Below are positions 39,656-54,823 of a stretch of 64,000 nucleotides of DNA, one piece after another. Source of the DNA: Octopus vulgaris. Taxonomy: Eukaryota. Position 1 is the stretch's first letter. Every line of letters begins with the position of its first letter. Both the position numbers and the translations under genes were made by a program. The notes beneath the pieces were generated by a model that did no database searches, was not told the origin of the DNA, and saw only the letters and a list, made by a program, of their open reading frames with translations. Location of the stretch: contig OX597830.1 of the NCBI GenBank assembly GCA_951406725.2, forward strand, positions 77,934,001 through 77,998,000, in the 5' to 3' direction.

Positions 39656-40736
39656 AGTCGTCATACCTCCACCTCCATGACCACCTCCACACCAGACCCA
39701 CCATCACCACCATCACGCCGCCCACCCCCCTCATCTACCCGCTTCCCTAGACAGCTGCATCCAACATGTGTTCTACATATCTATATCTTATCGGGTAACA
39801 TATGTTATGCAGCCGAGGAACGGGAACGAAATAATTGGACACGGATTGAACGTGAGCAGTCACGGTCATTGTAGGAGCAGAATCGTAGAGCACCCGACAA
39901 AATGTCTAGTGGTATTTGTTACGAATCTTTATGTTCCGCGTTCGAACCCTGCCGGTGTTAACTTTGCCTTTCATCTCTCCGGGGCGTAAATAAAATCCAA
40001 ATCAAATACTAGTGATGATGGTATAGACAAAAACCCCTCCCCTCAAACACTACTCCCAGTATGCCTAAATGAGAAAGCATATCAAAGAGGTAGAGTGGCA
40101 CAAATGTTAGCAGTGCGACGAACAATATATTTGGCGCAATTTTTTTTCCAGCTTTTTATGTTCTAAAATTCATATTCCACCGTGGTCAAATTTGCCTTTC
40201 ATTCTTCTGGGGTCGATGAAGTAAAGTACCAGTCAAGTGCTGGGGTTGATTTAAGCGACTAACTCCCTACCTCCCTATCAATTGTTCTTGTGGATAAAAT
40301 TAGATATAAATAATGATAGGCGGTGGATTGTAGCGGCTCTTTACGTTCTGCGTTCAAAACCTACCGAAGTCAGCTTTACACCTCATCATTTTGGCGCCGA
40401 TAGAATAAAGTACCAGTTAAGTACAAGGTCGATGGTAACGGCTACTCCCCTTCCTTCAAAAATTTGCTAGCCATGTGCCAAAATCAGGGACAAATGTTGT
40501 TGTTATTGCTACTGCTGCTGCTAATATTGTTGTTGTTGCTGTTGCTGTTGTTGTTGTTGTTGTTTTTGTTGTCAGGGCAGTAGATTGGCAGAATCAAAGT
40601 ATCGGGCAAAATGCTCTGTTATATTTCTTTCCGATCTACGTCCTGAGCCCCAAATCCCGCCGAGATTCAATTTGCCATTCATCCTTCCGAGGGGTGTGTA
40701 GTTAGATTGATAGATAGAGAGAGAGAGAGAGAGATG

Positions 40737-40770
<34 letters not shown>

Positions 40771-40833
40771 TAGAGAGAGATAGAGACAGACAGATAGACC
40801 AACAGACAGACAGACAGACAGACATAGACAGAC

Positions 40834-40915
<82 letters not shown>

Positions 40916-40917
40916 GC

Positions 40918-41001
<84 letters not shown>

Positions 41002-41109
41002 CGAAAAGCAAAGGACGAACACAAGTATATGAACAGCAAGCAAGTGTATTAGTTTGAGGCTCGGGAAAAATGAAAAAGTCTTTTACGTTTCGAGACTACG
41101 CTCTTCAAC

Positions 41110-41520
41110 CGCCTACTGCAATCTCCTGAAGGTTTCTTGGATCCCTGGCTAGATGACATACTGCTGTCACTTGTAAGGGATCTCTTATTCATGCTGACAA
41201 TGCTCTTTCCCAATCTACTAGGACTACCCAAACATTCTTCGGGTCTTACGGCATACAATGTGAAAGTTTGATGGTGAGGCCACTGGCATCTCCGGATCTC
41301 AACCTTATCGAATAACTTTGGTCCATCATTAAACAAGATCTTTATGCCGATGGGCGCCAATTTACATCGAAAGATGTTTTATGGGTAATCATCAACAGAG
41401 GCAGCCCAACCTTCTACTATTAAGAAATTGACAGATTCCATGACTCATAGGGGTTTTGAAGTTTTCCGTCGAAATGACACTCATGTGTCTAAATAACTCA
41501 TTATGTCAATGAATATTATA
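41110..41520 (+). mobile_element. Tc1-like transposase C-terminal relic
   Basis: HADNA...LMVRPLASPDLNLIE*LWSIIKQD resembles the Tc1 motif WPxxSPDLNPIENLW. Confidence 0.72.
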
Positions 41521-41798
41521 ATATTATGTTTTTTTTTGTTAAATAAATAATCAATGTATGCTTAATATGTATCATTACCCTTCATTTTCTGAAAAAAAAG
41601 TCTAGGTGGGCTCTTTTCATTGAAAAGCTATTAACGTGGTTCACCCAAAAACTGAAGAATCTGAAATAAAAAAGAAAGGACCTTACACAGAATAATGAGA
41701 ACATAACAATGGTGTTGCCATAGTGCCATAGTGTACAAACCAGCTGGCAAAACCGAAAAATCCTAAATTTCACTACAAAGCTATTAGCTTGGTTCTGG

Positions 41799-41850
<52 letters not shown>

Positions 41851-42023
41851 GTTAATATCGAACAGGGGTAAAAACAATCGCTTGGCAACCACAGGATTTC
41901 GGGTTCAATATTATTGCACACACCTTAAAGTCTTAAAGTAAGTGCTTTCTATTATAGCCCTTGACCGCTGAAAGCCTTATGAGTAAATTTGGTAGACGAC
42001 GGAAACTGTGTAGAAACCTGTCG

Positions 42024-42061
<38 letters not shown>

Positions 42062-42158
42062 CAACAGTAACAACATCCTTTACACGACTGCCACGTTGTG
42101 TTGGCATATATACATTATTTTCCGGTACTGTTACTGTATTTTTATCACTCAGAGATTT

Positions 42159-42203
<45 letters not shown>

Positions 42204-42999
42204 TTCAGGTTTTTTTTAAAAAAAACATAACCGAAAAATTTAACAAAAACACGGAAAATGCCAAAAGCAAAAAAAAATAGACGGAAAATTGGTAGCTAAT
42301 TCCTCATCGGTCAACAACCAAGATATCATAATAGTTTCGCGCCGTTATCTGTACATATGTGTGTGTGCGCGCGTGCATGCGTGTGTGTGTGTGTATGAAT
42401 ATGTGTTCTTGTGTTTATGCCTGTTCCCTCTCACACTACTTGGCAATTGATATTGGTTTGCTTACGCTCCCATAACATTGCAGTTCGGCAAAAGACCAAC
42501 AGGATAAGTGCAAGATTTAGGGCTGCATTTGACTGGGTAAATATTTCGATACAGGGCTCCGGCATGGCTGCAATTTACTGTACGAAACAAATAAAAGAAA
42601 GAGGAAAATGTTTAAGCTTATAGGTCTTTCAAAATGAGCACTTTCAACAGACGATATCGATTCCTCATTTTAACAGAAGCCCATACATTTTGCGCGTGAG
42701 GTTATAATCGATGATATCGAGCCGCAACATATTTTAAGGGTGAGGTTGTATCGATTACAGTGACCTCAGTACTGCACTATTTATTTTATCGATAACCGAA
42801 GGTCGGAAAGCAAAGTCGAAAGTAAATGAACGTAATGAAACACTACAAGTCATTAAATTGTCATTCTACTAATTCTGAAATTCCAGTTCCCTTACCACTA
42901 GTAATAATAAGGGCCGTTTGGCCAAAACGAATTTTAATGGGAAGTCACTTCTTTCTCCTCTCGATATTTTTTCTCTTATACTATCTATTCTATGTCCGA

Positions 43000-43387
43000 G
43001 GAGGTGCAATGGCCCAGTGGTTAGGGCAGCGGACTCGCGGTCATAGGATCGCGGTTTCGATTCCCAGACCGGGCGTTGTGAGTGTTTATTGAGCGAAAAC
43101 ACCTAAAAGCTCCACGAGGCTCCGGCAGGGGGATGGTGGTGATCCCTGCTGTACTCTTTCACCACAGCTTTCTCTCACTCTTACTTCCTGTTTCTGTTGT
43201 ACCTGTATTTCAAAGGGCCGGCCTTGTCACTCTCTGTGTCACGCTGAATATCCCCGAGAACTACGTTAAGGGTACACGTGTCTGTGGAGTACTCAGCTAC
43301 TTACACGTTAATTTCACGAGCAGGCTGTTCCTTTGATTCGGATCAACCGGAACCCTTATCGTCGTAAGCGACGGAGTGCTTCCATCC
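43000..43387 (+). mobile_element. SINE family A (full length)
   Basis: TSD attctatgtcc at 42987-42997 and 43388-43398. Confidence 0.92.
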
Positions 43388-43798
43388 ATTCTATGTCCTC
43401 TCAAAATTTCTCCCAGGCGTTACCCATTACAGTTTGTCTTGGCCTTACAGTCTTAATGTCTATCTTCGTCCATTGTTTTCTTCTGTATGTCCACTCTAGT
43501 ATCATTTGCTCATTCGGAGCCCTAACCCTCTACAAATTTTTTATTTAAAAAAATTTCTGGATGCTGCTGTATTATGAAGTCTTCCTGTTTTGTTGTTGAA
43601 AGCATGAAACAGGGGGTAAACAACTGAGGAGGGGTTAGACTTCTTTTGATATATTGTCCCGTACTTATCTCTCGTTGTGTGTTTACCTATATTTCCCTCG
43701 TTGGTGATGTCCTGTTCTTAATGTGTAATTATTCATTTATTTAACAATTGAACGCCACGCAGCCTTCGTCAACAGTAAGTTTTTACATTTATATATTT

Positions 43799-43858
<60 letters not shown>

Positions 43859-44023
43859 TTACACAGGTAAGCACTTAAGTGCAAAGCTAGGTGGAAAAAA
43901 TAGTACTTGAACGGGAGCGTTAAATTCTGAGTCACAGAATTTTGCAGCTTTAATAATAATAATAATAATGATGATGATGATGATAATAATAATAATAATG
44001 ATAATAATTATAATAATAATAAT

Positions 44024-44195
44024 ACTGCAAGGTCATGCGCTGTTTACCTTGATATGAGATCACCATGTCGCGCACATATGGTTGTGATGCATTGCCTGGT
44101 GTACCTTTATCAGACGGGTAGTCATGATGGGTATATTGGGCTTCGTATATTTTACCCCAGTGTCACTTTGATGGCATGAACTGCTCTCTCACTCG
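44024..44195 (+). mobile_element. Non-coding insert embedded in (AAT)n, likely the 3' end of a microsatellite-targeting non-LTR element
   Basis: Unique, more GC-rich ~170 bp with (AAT/GAT)n arrays on both sides. Confidence 0.5.
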
Positions 44196-44253
44196 ATGAT
44201 AATAATAATAATAATAATAAAAATAATAATATAAATAGATAGAAAGATTGATG

Positions 44254-44305
<52 letters not shown>

Positions 44306-44321
44306 TAGATACACACACACA

Positions 44322-44348
44322 CATATTATATAAAATCCGTTCTGTGTG

Positions 44349-44383
<35 letters not shown>

Positions 44384-44500
44384 ATCTTCTAGGATCTCGG
44401 GCATCCTTCATCCGATCGAACTAAAATTTGAAATGTAGATACCGACGGTATCAGGGCATGTATAAGTCTTGAAAAAATTGCAAAAATCGATTTGGGAAGG
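44322..44500 (+). mobile_element. Non-autonomous Helitron-like 5' region
   Basis: attatataaaatccgttc-(TG)n-...ccgatcgaactaaaatttg... layout typical of non-autonomous Helitrons. Confidence 0.45.
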
Positions 44501-44951
44501 AGTGTCGCATATGACCGGGTGGCCCTTACACGACTTACATGTCCTACATGAGTGCGGCATGGGAAATGGCAGGATACAGGTACTCAAGCGGCATTGAAGA
44601 TAATAATGAATATATCGATGGATATATCGATGAGTAGGAGGTGAAAAAGCCTCGTTAGAGGGTTTGAAACCTCATCTTATTGTATTATTTGTAGTGGTTT
44701 ATAACCTCAATTGTGTGTCTAAAAAAACATGTTAAGTAAGAGGTTTTAGTGCCTCCTTCTTGTAAGAGGTTTGAAACCTCATTTTGATTTTTAAAAAAAG
44801 AAAATATGTTTTCGCGAAAAATCCAATCGGCGGGTGTTGGGTTTCGTCTCTCATTTATTCATTTTATTTCATTTTCATTCATTAATGTGTTTGTCCAGTC
44901 CGCAAAGCTACACAATCTTTGTACTGTCTATATGACACATTTTATGAAATA

Positions 44952-45330
44952 AAGTAGCTTGCTTACCAACTGCATAGTTCCGGGTTCATTCCCACTGCGT
45001 GGCACCTTGGGCAAGCGTCTTCTACTATAGCCGTGAGCCGACCAAAGCCTTGTGAGTGGATTTGGTAGACAGAAACTGAAAGAAGCCCGTCGTATATATG
45101 TATATGTCTATATATATGTGTGTATATGTGTGTGTGTCTGTGTTTGTCCCCACAACATCGCTGGACAACCGAAGCTGGTGTGTTTACGTCCCCGTAACTT
45201 AGCGGTTCAGCAAAAGAAACCGATAGAATAAGTACTAAGCTTACAAAGCATAAGTCCTGGGGTCGACTTGCTTGACTAAAGGCGGTGCTCCAGCATGGAC
45301 GCAGTCACATGACTGAAACAAGTAAAAGAG
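44952..45330 (+). mobile_element. SINE family E
   Basis: Near full-length copy. Confidence 0.88.
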
Positions 45331-45402
45331 TATTAAAATATATATTTGTGTGTTTATGCGTGTGTCACGTAGAAGTGTGTCCGTATACCAGTGTGCTTAT
45401 GC

Positions 45403-45433
<31 letters not shown>

Positions 45434-45689
45434 AAGTGAAATAGTGAACATGGCTACTTTCTCCTTAAATAAGTATACTTCATGAAATACGAGAGCATTG
45501 ACAGTATGTATATGTATATCGATGTTATACGCATATACGTACATATATACATATATACATACACACACACGCGCGTACACACACTACACATACATACACA
45601 CACACACACGCGCGTACACACACTACACATACATACACACACACACACACGCGCATACACACACTACACATACATACACACACACATTG

Positions 45690-46008
45690 AGATCCCCTTC
45701 GGTCATGACTGACCGTGGGATTGCGCCTAGAAAGTTACCCTCCAATGCACAAGTCCGGGCAAGGTTGTTTATGGAAGACCAGCAGTCGCCCATCCATTGC
45801 ACCCACCAGTGTCATCCAAGCGAAAGGCAAAGGCTGATATACACTTGGCACCTGTGACGTCGCAACTCATTTCTACAGCTGAGTGAACTGGAGCGACGTT
45901 AAATAAAGTGTCTTGCTCAAGAACACAACACGCAGCCCGGTCCGGGATTCGAACTCACAACCTCACGATCGTAAGCTCGACGCTCTAACCACAGAGCCAT
46001 GCGCCTTC
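45690..46008 (-). mobile_element. tRNA-derived CORE-like SINE with another tail type
   Basis: Minus strand: gaaggcgcatggctctgtggttagagcgtcgagc...gagttcgaatccc head; cttgagcaagacactttatttaacgtcgctccagttcactcagctgtagaaatgag CORE-like block. Confidence 0.8.
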
Positions 46009-46019
46009 ACACACACACA

Positions 46020-46053
<34 letters not shown>

Positions 46054-46085
46054 TACGTACTTACATATGTATATTTATATATTAT

Positions 46086-46266
46086 ACTCTTTACTCTCTT
46101 TTACTCTCTTTTACTTGTTTCAGCCATTTGACTGCGACCATGCTGGAGCACCGCCTTTAGTCGAAAAATCCTCTTTTGCCGAACTGCTAAGTTACGGGGA
46201 CGTAAACACATCAGCATCGGCTGTCAAGCGATGTTGGGGGACAAACACAGACACACAAACATGCAT

Positions 46267-46324
<58 letters not shown>

Positions 46325-46488
46325 ACGATATACGGGTTTCTTTCAGTTTCCGTCTACCAAATCCACTGACAAGGCTTTGGTCGGCCCGAGGTTATTTGTA
46401 GAAGACACTTGCCCAAAGTGCTACGCAGTGGGACTGAACCCGGAACCATGTGGTTGGTAAGCAAGCTACTTACCACACAGCCACTCTT
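46086..46488 (-). mobile_element. SINE family E (internal deletion)
   Basis: Reverse-complement copy. Confidence 0.85.
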
Positions 46489-46699
46489 GTGTTTATATTT
46501 ATATATTACATGTAGTATTTAAGCACAAATGTTTATGCACACATATATATGCCTACGTATTATACATTTATATATATGTGTGTGTGTGTGTATGTTTATA
46601 TGTATGCGTATATACAAAGATACATAATTACATACGTTTCTGCTTCCATTTATGTGTTTGTGTGTGTATGCGTGTGTATGTGTGTGTGTGTGTCTCTCT

Positions 46700-46744
<45 letters not shown>

Positions 46745-47465
46745 TATGCGTGTGTGTGTGTGTGTTCTCGTTTTCACACATATAGAAATATCTCTTGCGA
46801 TTGCCTATATTTATTAGCGCAAACTTAATAATTACTTCCTCGTGCATATCTTTGCGAGTGAAAGAAGCGTGCGAAGGTGTGAGAGTTGCAAAGCAGAGAG
46901 AGAGAGAACAAACAAGAGAAAGAGCGAGAGAGAGAGAGAGAGAGAAGAGGAGGAGGAGAAAGAGACAGAGCAAGATGGAGATAGAAACGTAGAAACGGAA
47001 AGAAAATGGAGAATCTGTTTCTTTGTTTAAAAATGTCTAAATCGGTGCCTTTCCCACGCGCTCGTGCGTGTGCTGTTCATTGCAACTGTTGGTTATTACT
47101 GCATTCATTTATGTCTGTGTGTCGTTGACGTGAAGAAGATCGTTAATTTACAGAAACAAACCGAATCTGTGTATGCCATCATATTCAATTAAGAGAAATT
47201 TTCATTTAAATATTTTACGTTGTCAATGCAACTTATTAGTAAATTTTTAATAGCTGTACTTTTTCATATATACAATATGTGCGCGCGCGTGTGTGTGTCT
47301 GTGTGTCTATGTGTGTGTGTGTGTGTGTATGTGTGTGTGCTTACATATGTGTATATGTTTATGCATATATTCATATCTGCATAAATAGATAGATAAACAT
47401 ATATACATATCTATGTATATATACAGCATAGATAAATATACGTTCGTATATATGCATGCATTCCC

Positions 47466-47525
<60 letters not shown>

Positions 47526-47538
47526 ATGTATATATGTG

Positions 47539-47571
<33 letters not shown>

Positions 47572-48281
47572 GTATATATATGTGTGTATATATATATGCA
47601 TATATATGTATATAGATAGATAGATAATATATATATGCATACAAAGATATACATATATATTTGCCCATATATATAGATGTGTGTGTGTGTGTGTGTGTGT
47701 ATGTGTGTGTTTAAACTTTTATGCATGTCTCAAATATTTGTAATCAGATTAAAACAACCAAAAGTGTAACAAAACTAACAACAATAACTATAATTATCTT
47801 AAAAATAAGAACAATAAGCATGATAACTACAAGTAGTAGTAGTAGTAGCAGTAGTAGTAGTAGTAGTTTTAATTATGAAAATAACATAAAATGAAACAAA
47901 AACAGAATATATAGGAAAGCGAAATGAAGAATGAAATAGTTGACATGTTTAATTAAAAGTTTGTTGAGTTCATTTGAAATAGTTTACACCAGATTTTGAA
48001 TAAATTTACAGAAGTCCATTTAATGTACGCTCAACCCACAACACATATACATAAATGTATGTATGTATAATTAGGTGAATACATACATTACATATGTGAG
48101 TATATGTATCTGTATATATGTATATGTACATACATACATATATATAAATATATATATGTGTGTGTGTGTGTGTGTGTTTGCTAGGAAAGCCATTTACAAG
48201 ACAGAATTTATCAGTTTCATAAAAGGTTTGTGTGATCGCTGTAGTTTTAAGCAGTTTTAAAATATAGAAACGAGCATATGA

Positions 48282-48335
<54 letters not shown>

Positions 48336-48396
48336 GTATGTATGTATGTATGTATATGTATATATATATGTATGTATGTATATATATATATGTATA

Positions 48397-48601
<205 letters not shown>

Positions 48602-48764
48602 GTATACATATATATATGTCTGCATGCATGTCTGTTTGAGTGTATTTTTGCGAGTGTGAGTTTGTGAATGTGTACGTGATTATCTTATTCTATATACCTT
48701 GATATATATTTTTCCATATATTCCATTTAAATTATTTTATTTATTTATTCATATTTTAGCGCAT

Positions 48765-49230
48765 GGAAATGTTCCTGGCCTAATGGTGACAATATTCGGC
48801 TCGCAGTAATAAAGTGGCTGGTTCGATATTAGGGCCGAGCAGTACATTGCTTCCCAGAGCAAGTCTTTGCTTTTCGCACTGCATTAATCCACACAACTGA
48901 AAGTGAGTACTAATTACTGGTTCAGCTGTCACTCTAATTTTTTTAGCCTAGCAGAGACATCTTTGATCTTCCTCTGGATTAATGATGGGTGGAGTCGAAT
49001 ATATCTATGTCTGCTCGGGACTACACGGGTGCCTGAAATAATTAGCGAAAGCATGGTACTTATGATCAGGTCGTACTTACTTGCAACTGACAACAATTAC
49101 AACATACTAATGCACTGGAAGCTAAAAGAAATAAACCATGTAACAAATAGAAAAAAATACACTTGGTTCTCTGGTTGTAAAGATAAACCACATGGCCCAC
49201 CTGTATATGCTTTAAAGATACAAACTTTAC
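48765..49230 (+). mobile_element. Old, degenerate CORE-like SINE
   Basis: tggcctaatggtg...ggttcgat head and a gagcaag..tt...ttcgcactgc..aatccacacaactgaaa.tgagtac block. Confidence 0.5.
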
Positions 49231-49639
49231 ATCTCCGCTGAAAAAACTATAACATCTATGGATGAAAGGAACTTTCGCTCACTTTCCTTATATTTGTTTT
49301 TTTGGGTTTTTTTTTTTGTACACCCAGCATTACACATTCCTTCAACTCTGTCTCTAGTCCTAAGTCTCATAGAGTTAGATACTCCGTTACTATGACTTAT
49401 GGATGCTTGTGATCTGATATACCTGCTGATGACACAGACGAGTCAACATTGCAGACGCCTTCATCACCACCTGAAGAAGACTAACTCTTACAGTTTCTGC
49501 GTGAAGAAAAGTATCTCTAATATATACATTTCACCGAATTGTACACACCACTCGATCACCACACGTTGTCCACATCTTAAATTATGACTTGGCCGTCATA
49601 TTATCAATGCACATCATCATCAACACCTGGACACTGCTA

Positions 49640-49861
49640 TCTTCTTCTCCTTCTTCTTCTTCTTCTTCTTCTTCTTCTTCTTCTTCTTCTTCTTCTTCTT
49701 CTTCTTCTTCTTCTTCTTCTTCTTCTTCTTCTTCTTGTTCTTCTTCTTCTTCTTCTTCTTGTTCTTCTTCTTGTTCTTCTTCTTGTTCTTCTTCTTGTTC
49801 TTCTTCTTGTTCTTCTTCTTGTTCTTCTTCTTTTTCTTCTTCTTCTTCTTCTTCTTCTTCC

Positions 49862-49911
<50 letters not shown>

Positions 49912-49931
49912 TTTTTCTTCGAAAGATAGAT

Positions 49932-49980
<49 letters not shown>
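49640..49980. repeat. (TTC)n-(TCA)n-(GATA)n compound microsatellite
   Basis: Seen directly. Confidence 0.95.
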
Positions 49981-49982
<2 letters not shown>

Positions 49983-50291
49983 AGTATTCGTGATGGAGTA
50001 TAACCGCATTCTTATTGCAGACATATAACAGGTTTGTGAGCTCTGTTGCCATCGGCTATCAGACGACTTCTTAGCACTGACTTTGTTTTAAACTTGCTTG
50101 AAAAATACGGGGTGGGATTTTGTCAAATATAATCCACCGCGGCTCCTTCCCCCACCCTTGTGCGTTCGTTTAATTTCCAACCCCGTAGTAGATGCTGATG
50201 CCTTTGAGAATTTACGTCTGCGTTGTTCCGGTGGAGCCGTGATACAAGTGTACATATCTACCTATCTATCTATTTATCTAGCTATACACAT

Positions 50292-50359
<68 letters not shown>

Positions 50360-52078
50360 ACATACACAAACACACAAGCATACACACACGCACGCATCTA
50401 TTACCATGATGCCGCTCTCCGTTACAATGCAGTATTACAAAAATCAGTTTTAAAAGGCCATAGTAATTCACAAGGAACATTTTTGATATATTAATCAATC
50501 AAGATATATTAGTCAATCCTATAACATGGTTTAACTCGCCATATTATATGAATGTAAAAACCTAGAAATTTCAGGGTATTATTACAGATATAAATTTATT
50601 TCACTTTTCAACTGCAACACTGTCAAAGTTTTCTATTCCTGCCTGGACAACATTGCCTCACAGATATTACAACAGAACCGAAAGTAGTAATCATCTAATC
50701 TCTAGTCTCCCACTCTTACTTGAAACAACCGTTTTGCAACTGTAAACCTTCCGAGAACGGTTTCACTCAATGCAACATTTCTTAGCGAGATGATAAGTTG
50801 AGTCGCTATAAAAACAGATGAAGGTAAAATCAGAAATTATACTGGACGTAAAGAACAAACCATTATATGTTGATTCGGCTAATGTATACATCATGAGAAC
50901 CAGAAATAGAACACCACCTCCTTATCAAAATAGATTTGGAAATAGAAAGATAGTTCAGTTGAAAACGTTTCTACTACGTATGTCCGGGATATGACTCTAG
51001 ACTGTATCTAATAGTGGCGCCATGGTTCAGGAGTTTCAGAGTTTTGAGAAGAATGGAACCACCTCTTATTCACTATTGTTCAAAGGGTGACACTAACGCA
51101 GAGCAGTAGCACCCGTCAGGGTGCCAGCTATGAGTTAATTAGCATATTAGTTCTTTCCTACCTACGCATTTTAAGACTGTCTCTGAAATCTTCATGATCT
51201 AACGGAAGGGAAGGCGGTTGCAGCAAAGCATTACGGAGTGCAGATAACAAGACGAGACTCGTAAGATATCTTGATCATCCATTTAATCCCTTTTTCTGCC
51301 CTTGTTTGTCCCTTCTATGTTTAGCCCCTTGTGGGCAATAAAGAAATAAGAAAACAATATAAGCCACAGTAAACAAAGCGCTGATATTTATTTTTTTATA
51401 AAAACGATACCAACATCAAACGGGATAGAACGATTTTGGTGCCAATGTGAATTTCCTTGATTTCAGTAAACTTCACGATAGACCAGGACTATTTACTATA
51501 TTTTCTTGATTTCCACGCAGAGCGAAAACATTTGCCAAAAAAAACAAGAGCAAAGTAAGTGTCTGTACAGTTCTATTCACTAATTTTTCCCTTCATTCAT
51601 ATCGGTACAGTTTGAAATGTACCACACTGATAGAAAACACAATATCCAGGAGTCAATCATCGGCTGTAGGTGCGTGTGCACACACATATACATACATACA
51701 TACATACATACATACATACATACATACATACATACATACATACATACATACATACATACATACATACACTAACAGATATACGCACTTATACATGTGTGTG
51801 TATGAATGTGCGTGGGTATGTATATATGTATGTGTATGTATGTATGTGTGTGTATGAATGTGCGTGGGTATGTATATATGTATGTGTATGTATGTATGGG
51901 TGTGTATGAATGTGCGTGGGTATGTATATATATATGTATACGTATGTATGTGTGTGTGTGTATTAGCAGGTTTTTGCGTAAATACAAATATTTATTCTCA
52001 ACGACGTTGCGTGTTTTTTCCTTTAATTTGTACATACATCTATATGTGTGTATGTGTGCATACATTTATGTGTATGTG

Positions 52079-52126
<48 letters not shown>

Positions 52127-53358
52127 TATATACATGTATATATATATATAAGTGGGTGTGAGTGGGGTGTCTGTCTGCCTTTCCGTAATTGTATGTATGT
52201 ATGTATGTATGTATGTATGTATGTATGAATGTATGTATGTATGCGTGCCTGCCTGTGTGTACAGAAAGAGATTGTAAGAGAGAGAGGGAGAGAAAGAGAG
52301 AGAGAGAAAGAAATAGAGAGAGGGAGAGAGAGAGAGAGAAAGAAAGAGAGAGAGAAACACAGACAGACAGAGAAAGAGTTCTATACATATATACATACAT
52401 ACATACATACGTACATATTTATATACGTGTATATATATATCTATATACATAGACACATACATACATACATACATACATACATACATACAATCGTATTTAC
52501 GCTGGCACACACACACATACACACACACACACACAAACACACATACACATACACACAATATCATTAAAAAAATTGCAAAAACAAGAGAAAACCATATCAC
52601 CACCATCAACAAAGACAGCAACAATATCAACATCAACAACAACAACAACAACAACAAGAGAAACAGCAGCAACAACAGCAGCAACAACAAGGACCAAATT
52701 ATCATCTCGACAACTGAACACCTTTACAAACACGTCATACAAAACCTCCGAACTTTCGCTGTTTCACAAAATCCCCCTCTTCACACTTGTCTCCTTTCCT
52801 TGTTCATACACCCTTTTCTGTCAGTACCTTCAGGTCGACATTGTACCACGACACGACCCCTTCCCATCCCATCCCCTTCCCCATCTCCATTCTTTATCTG
52901 ATGTTGCGGGTAGTGGTGATGGTGGTGGTGGTGGTGGTGGTTGTGGTGGTGGTAGTGGTGTATGTAGGAGGTGGTGATGTCGAACGAAAAGCTCTTCCAG
53001 TCTAACTGGATATTACATCTGTGTGTCAGTGCAACATATTAGTAGTAGTAGTAGTAGTAGTAGCAGCATTAGTAGTAGTTTTAGCTGTAGCAGCAGTTGT
53101 TGTAGCAGCAGCAGCAGCAGTAGTAGTAGTGATAGTAGTAGTAGTAGTAGTAGTAGTGATAGTAGTAGTAGTAGTAGTAGTAGTTATTGTTGCTGTTTTT
53201 TTTAGTCCTGTGTTAAAAGCAGACCAATGATTAAAGACTTTCCCGATATGACCATCCCGTAACTTAACCAGAGTTTAGGACGACTTTATCGAACGCGTCC
53301 TTTCATTTTTTGTCTTTTTCTTTTTGTCTTTTGGTAGCTATTTTTAATCGGGTCGGGT

Positions 53359-53703
53359 GATGATGATGCTGATGATGACGACGACTACGATGACGATGAT
53401 GATGGTAACGACGACGATGGTGATGATGACAACGATGATGATGATGATGACGATGATGATGACAACGACGACGATGACGATGATGATGGTAACGACGACG
53501 ACGACGTCGATGACGATGATGGTGTCAACGACGATGGTGATGATGATGACGATGATGATGATGATGACGATGATGACGATGACGACGACGATGACGATGA
53601 TGATGGTAACGACGACGATGGTGATGATGACGACGATGATGATGATGATGATGATGACGATGACGATGACGATGATGATGACAATGATGATGACGATGAC
53701 GAC

Positions 53704-53738
<35 letters not shown>

Positions 53739-53892
53739 CGACGACGACGATGACGATGACGATGACGATGACGACGACGACGACGATGACGATGACGACG
53801 ACGATGACGATGACGATGACGATGATGATGATGATGATGACGACGACGATGATGATGATGATGATGACGACGATGATGATGATGATGATGAC

Positions 53893-53933
<41 letters not shown>

Positions 53934-54010
53934 CGATGATGATGACGACGACGATGATGATGACGACGACGACGACGACGATGATGATGATGAAGACGAC
54001 GACGACGACG
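53359..54010 (+). repeat. ~650-bp (GAT/GAC)n array in unbroken triplet phase (candidate poly-Asp exon 53338-54072)
   Basis: Seen directly; flanked by a polypyrimidine-TAG upstream and GTAAGT downstream. Confidence 0.9.
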
Positions 54011-54533
54011 AAATCGACCATGTTGCCGACGGCAGTAGTGAACGAACGACGATGTTGATTGAAAAGATAACGGTAAGTCAGTGAGTTAGTGAGTGAACAA
54101 GAGAGTGAACGAATAACAGTGCAAATGAGAGAGAGAGAGAGAGAAGGAGAGAGGGGAGATAGAGGGAGAGAGAGACAGACAGAGGGAAAGCGAGAGATAG
54201 ACGCAGAGAGGGAGATGGGTAGGGAGAGATGGAGGGTAACGGCGACCGGCGGCACATGCTTGAGGGTCTCGGTGTTTGATTGAATGTCATGTCATGCCAT
54301 GGACCTTCGTTGTGTTAGGTTGGAGAATAACTTCTGTTGAACACATTCACAGTTCAACCTATCATTACTGGATCGAGTAAACAACACAAAGAACACACAC
54401 ACACATGAACACACACGCATACATACACACACACACACACACACACACGCATATACATATAAATACAGATAAACATATATATACATATACTTTTACATAC
54501 ATTCCTAACATGCATATATATGTTTTGCATATT

Positions 54534-54587
<54 letters not shown>

Positions 54588-54598
54588 CATACATACAT

Positions 54599-54633
<35 letters not shown>

Positions 54634-54673
54634 TATATACATATAAATATATATATACATATGCGTATATACG

Positions 54674-54704
<31 letters not shown>

Positions 54705-54779
54705 ATATATATACATATATATATACACACACACATATATATATATGAATATATGTATGTATATACATACATACATTAC

Positions 54780-54823
<44 letters not shown>

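Noticed and set aside
39180-39657. Asp-rich ORFs
   Set aside because: The Asp frame shifts and stops at ~39540, the ORF starts in a (TG)n repeat, and no good splice pair was seen; treated as a microsatellite.
49425-49510. CTGATGA and CTGAAGA motifs as hammerhead cores
   Set aside because: No correctly placed GAAA or stems I/III.
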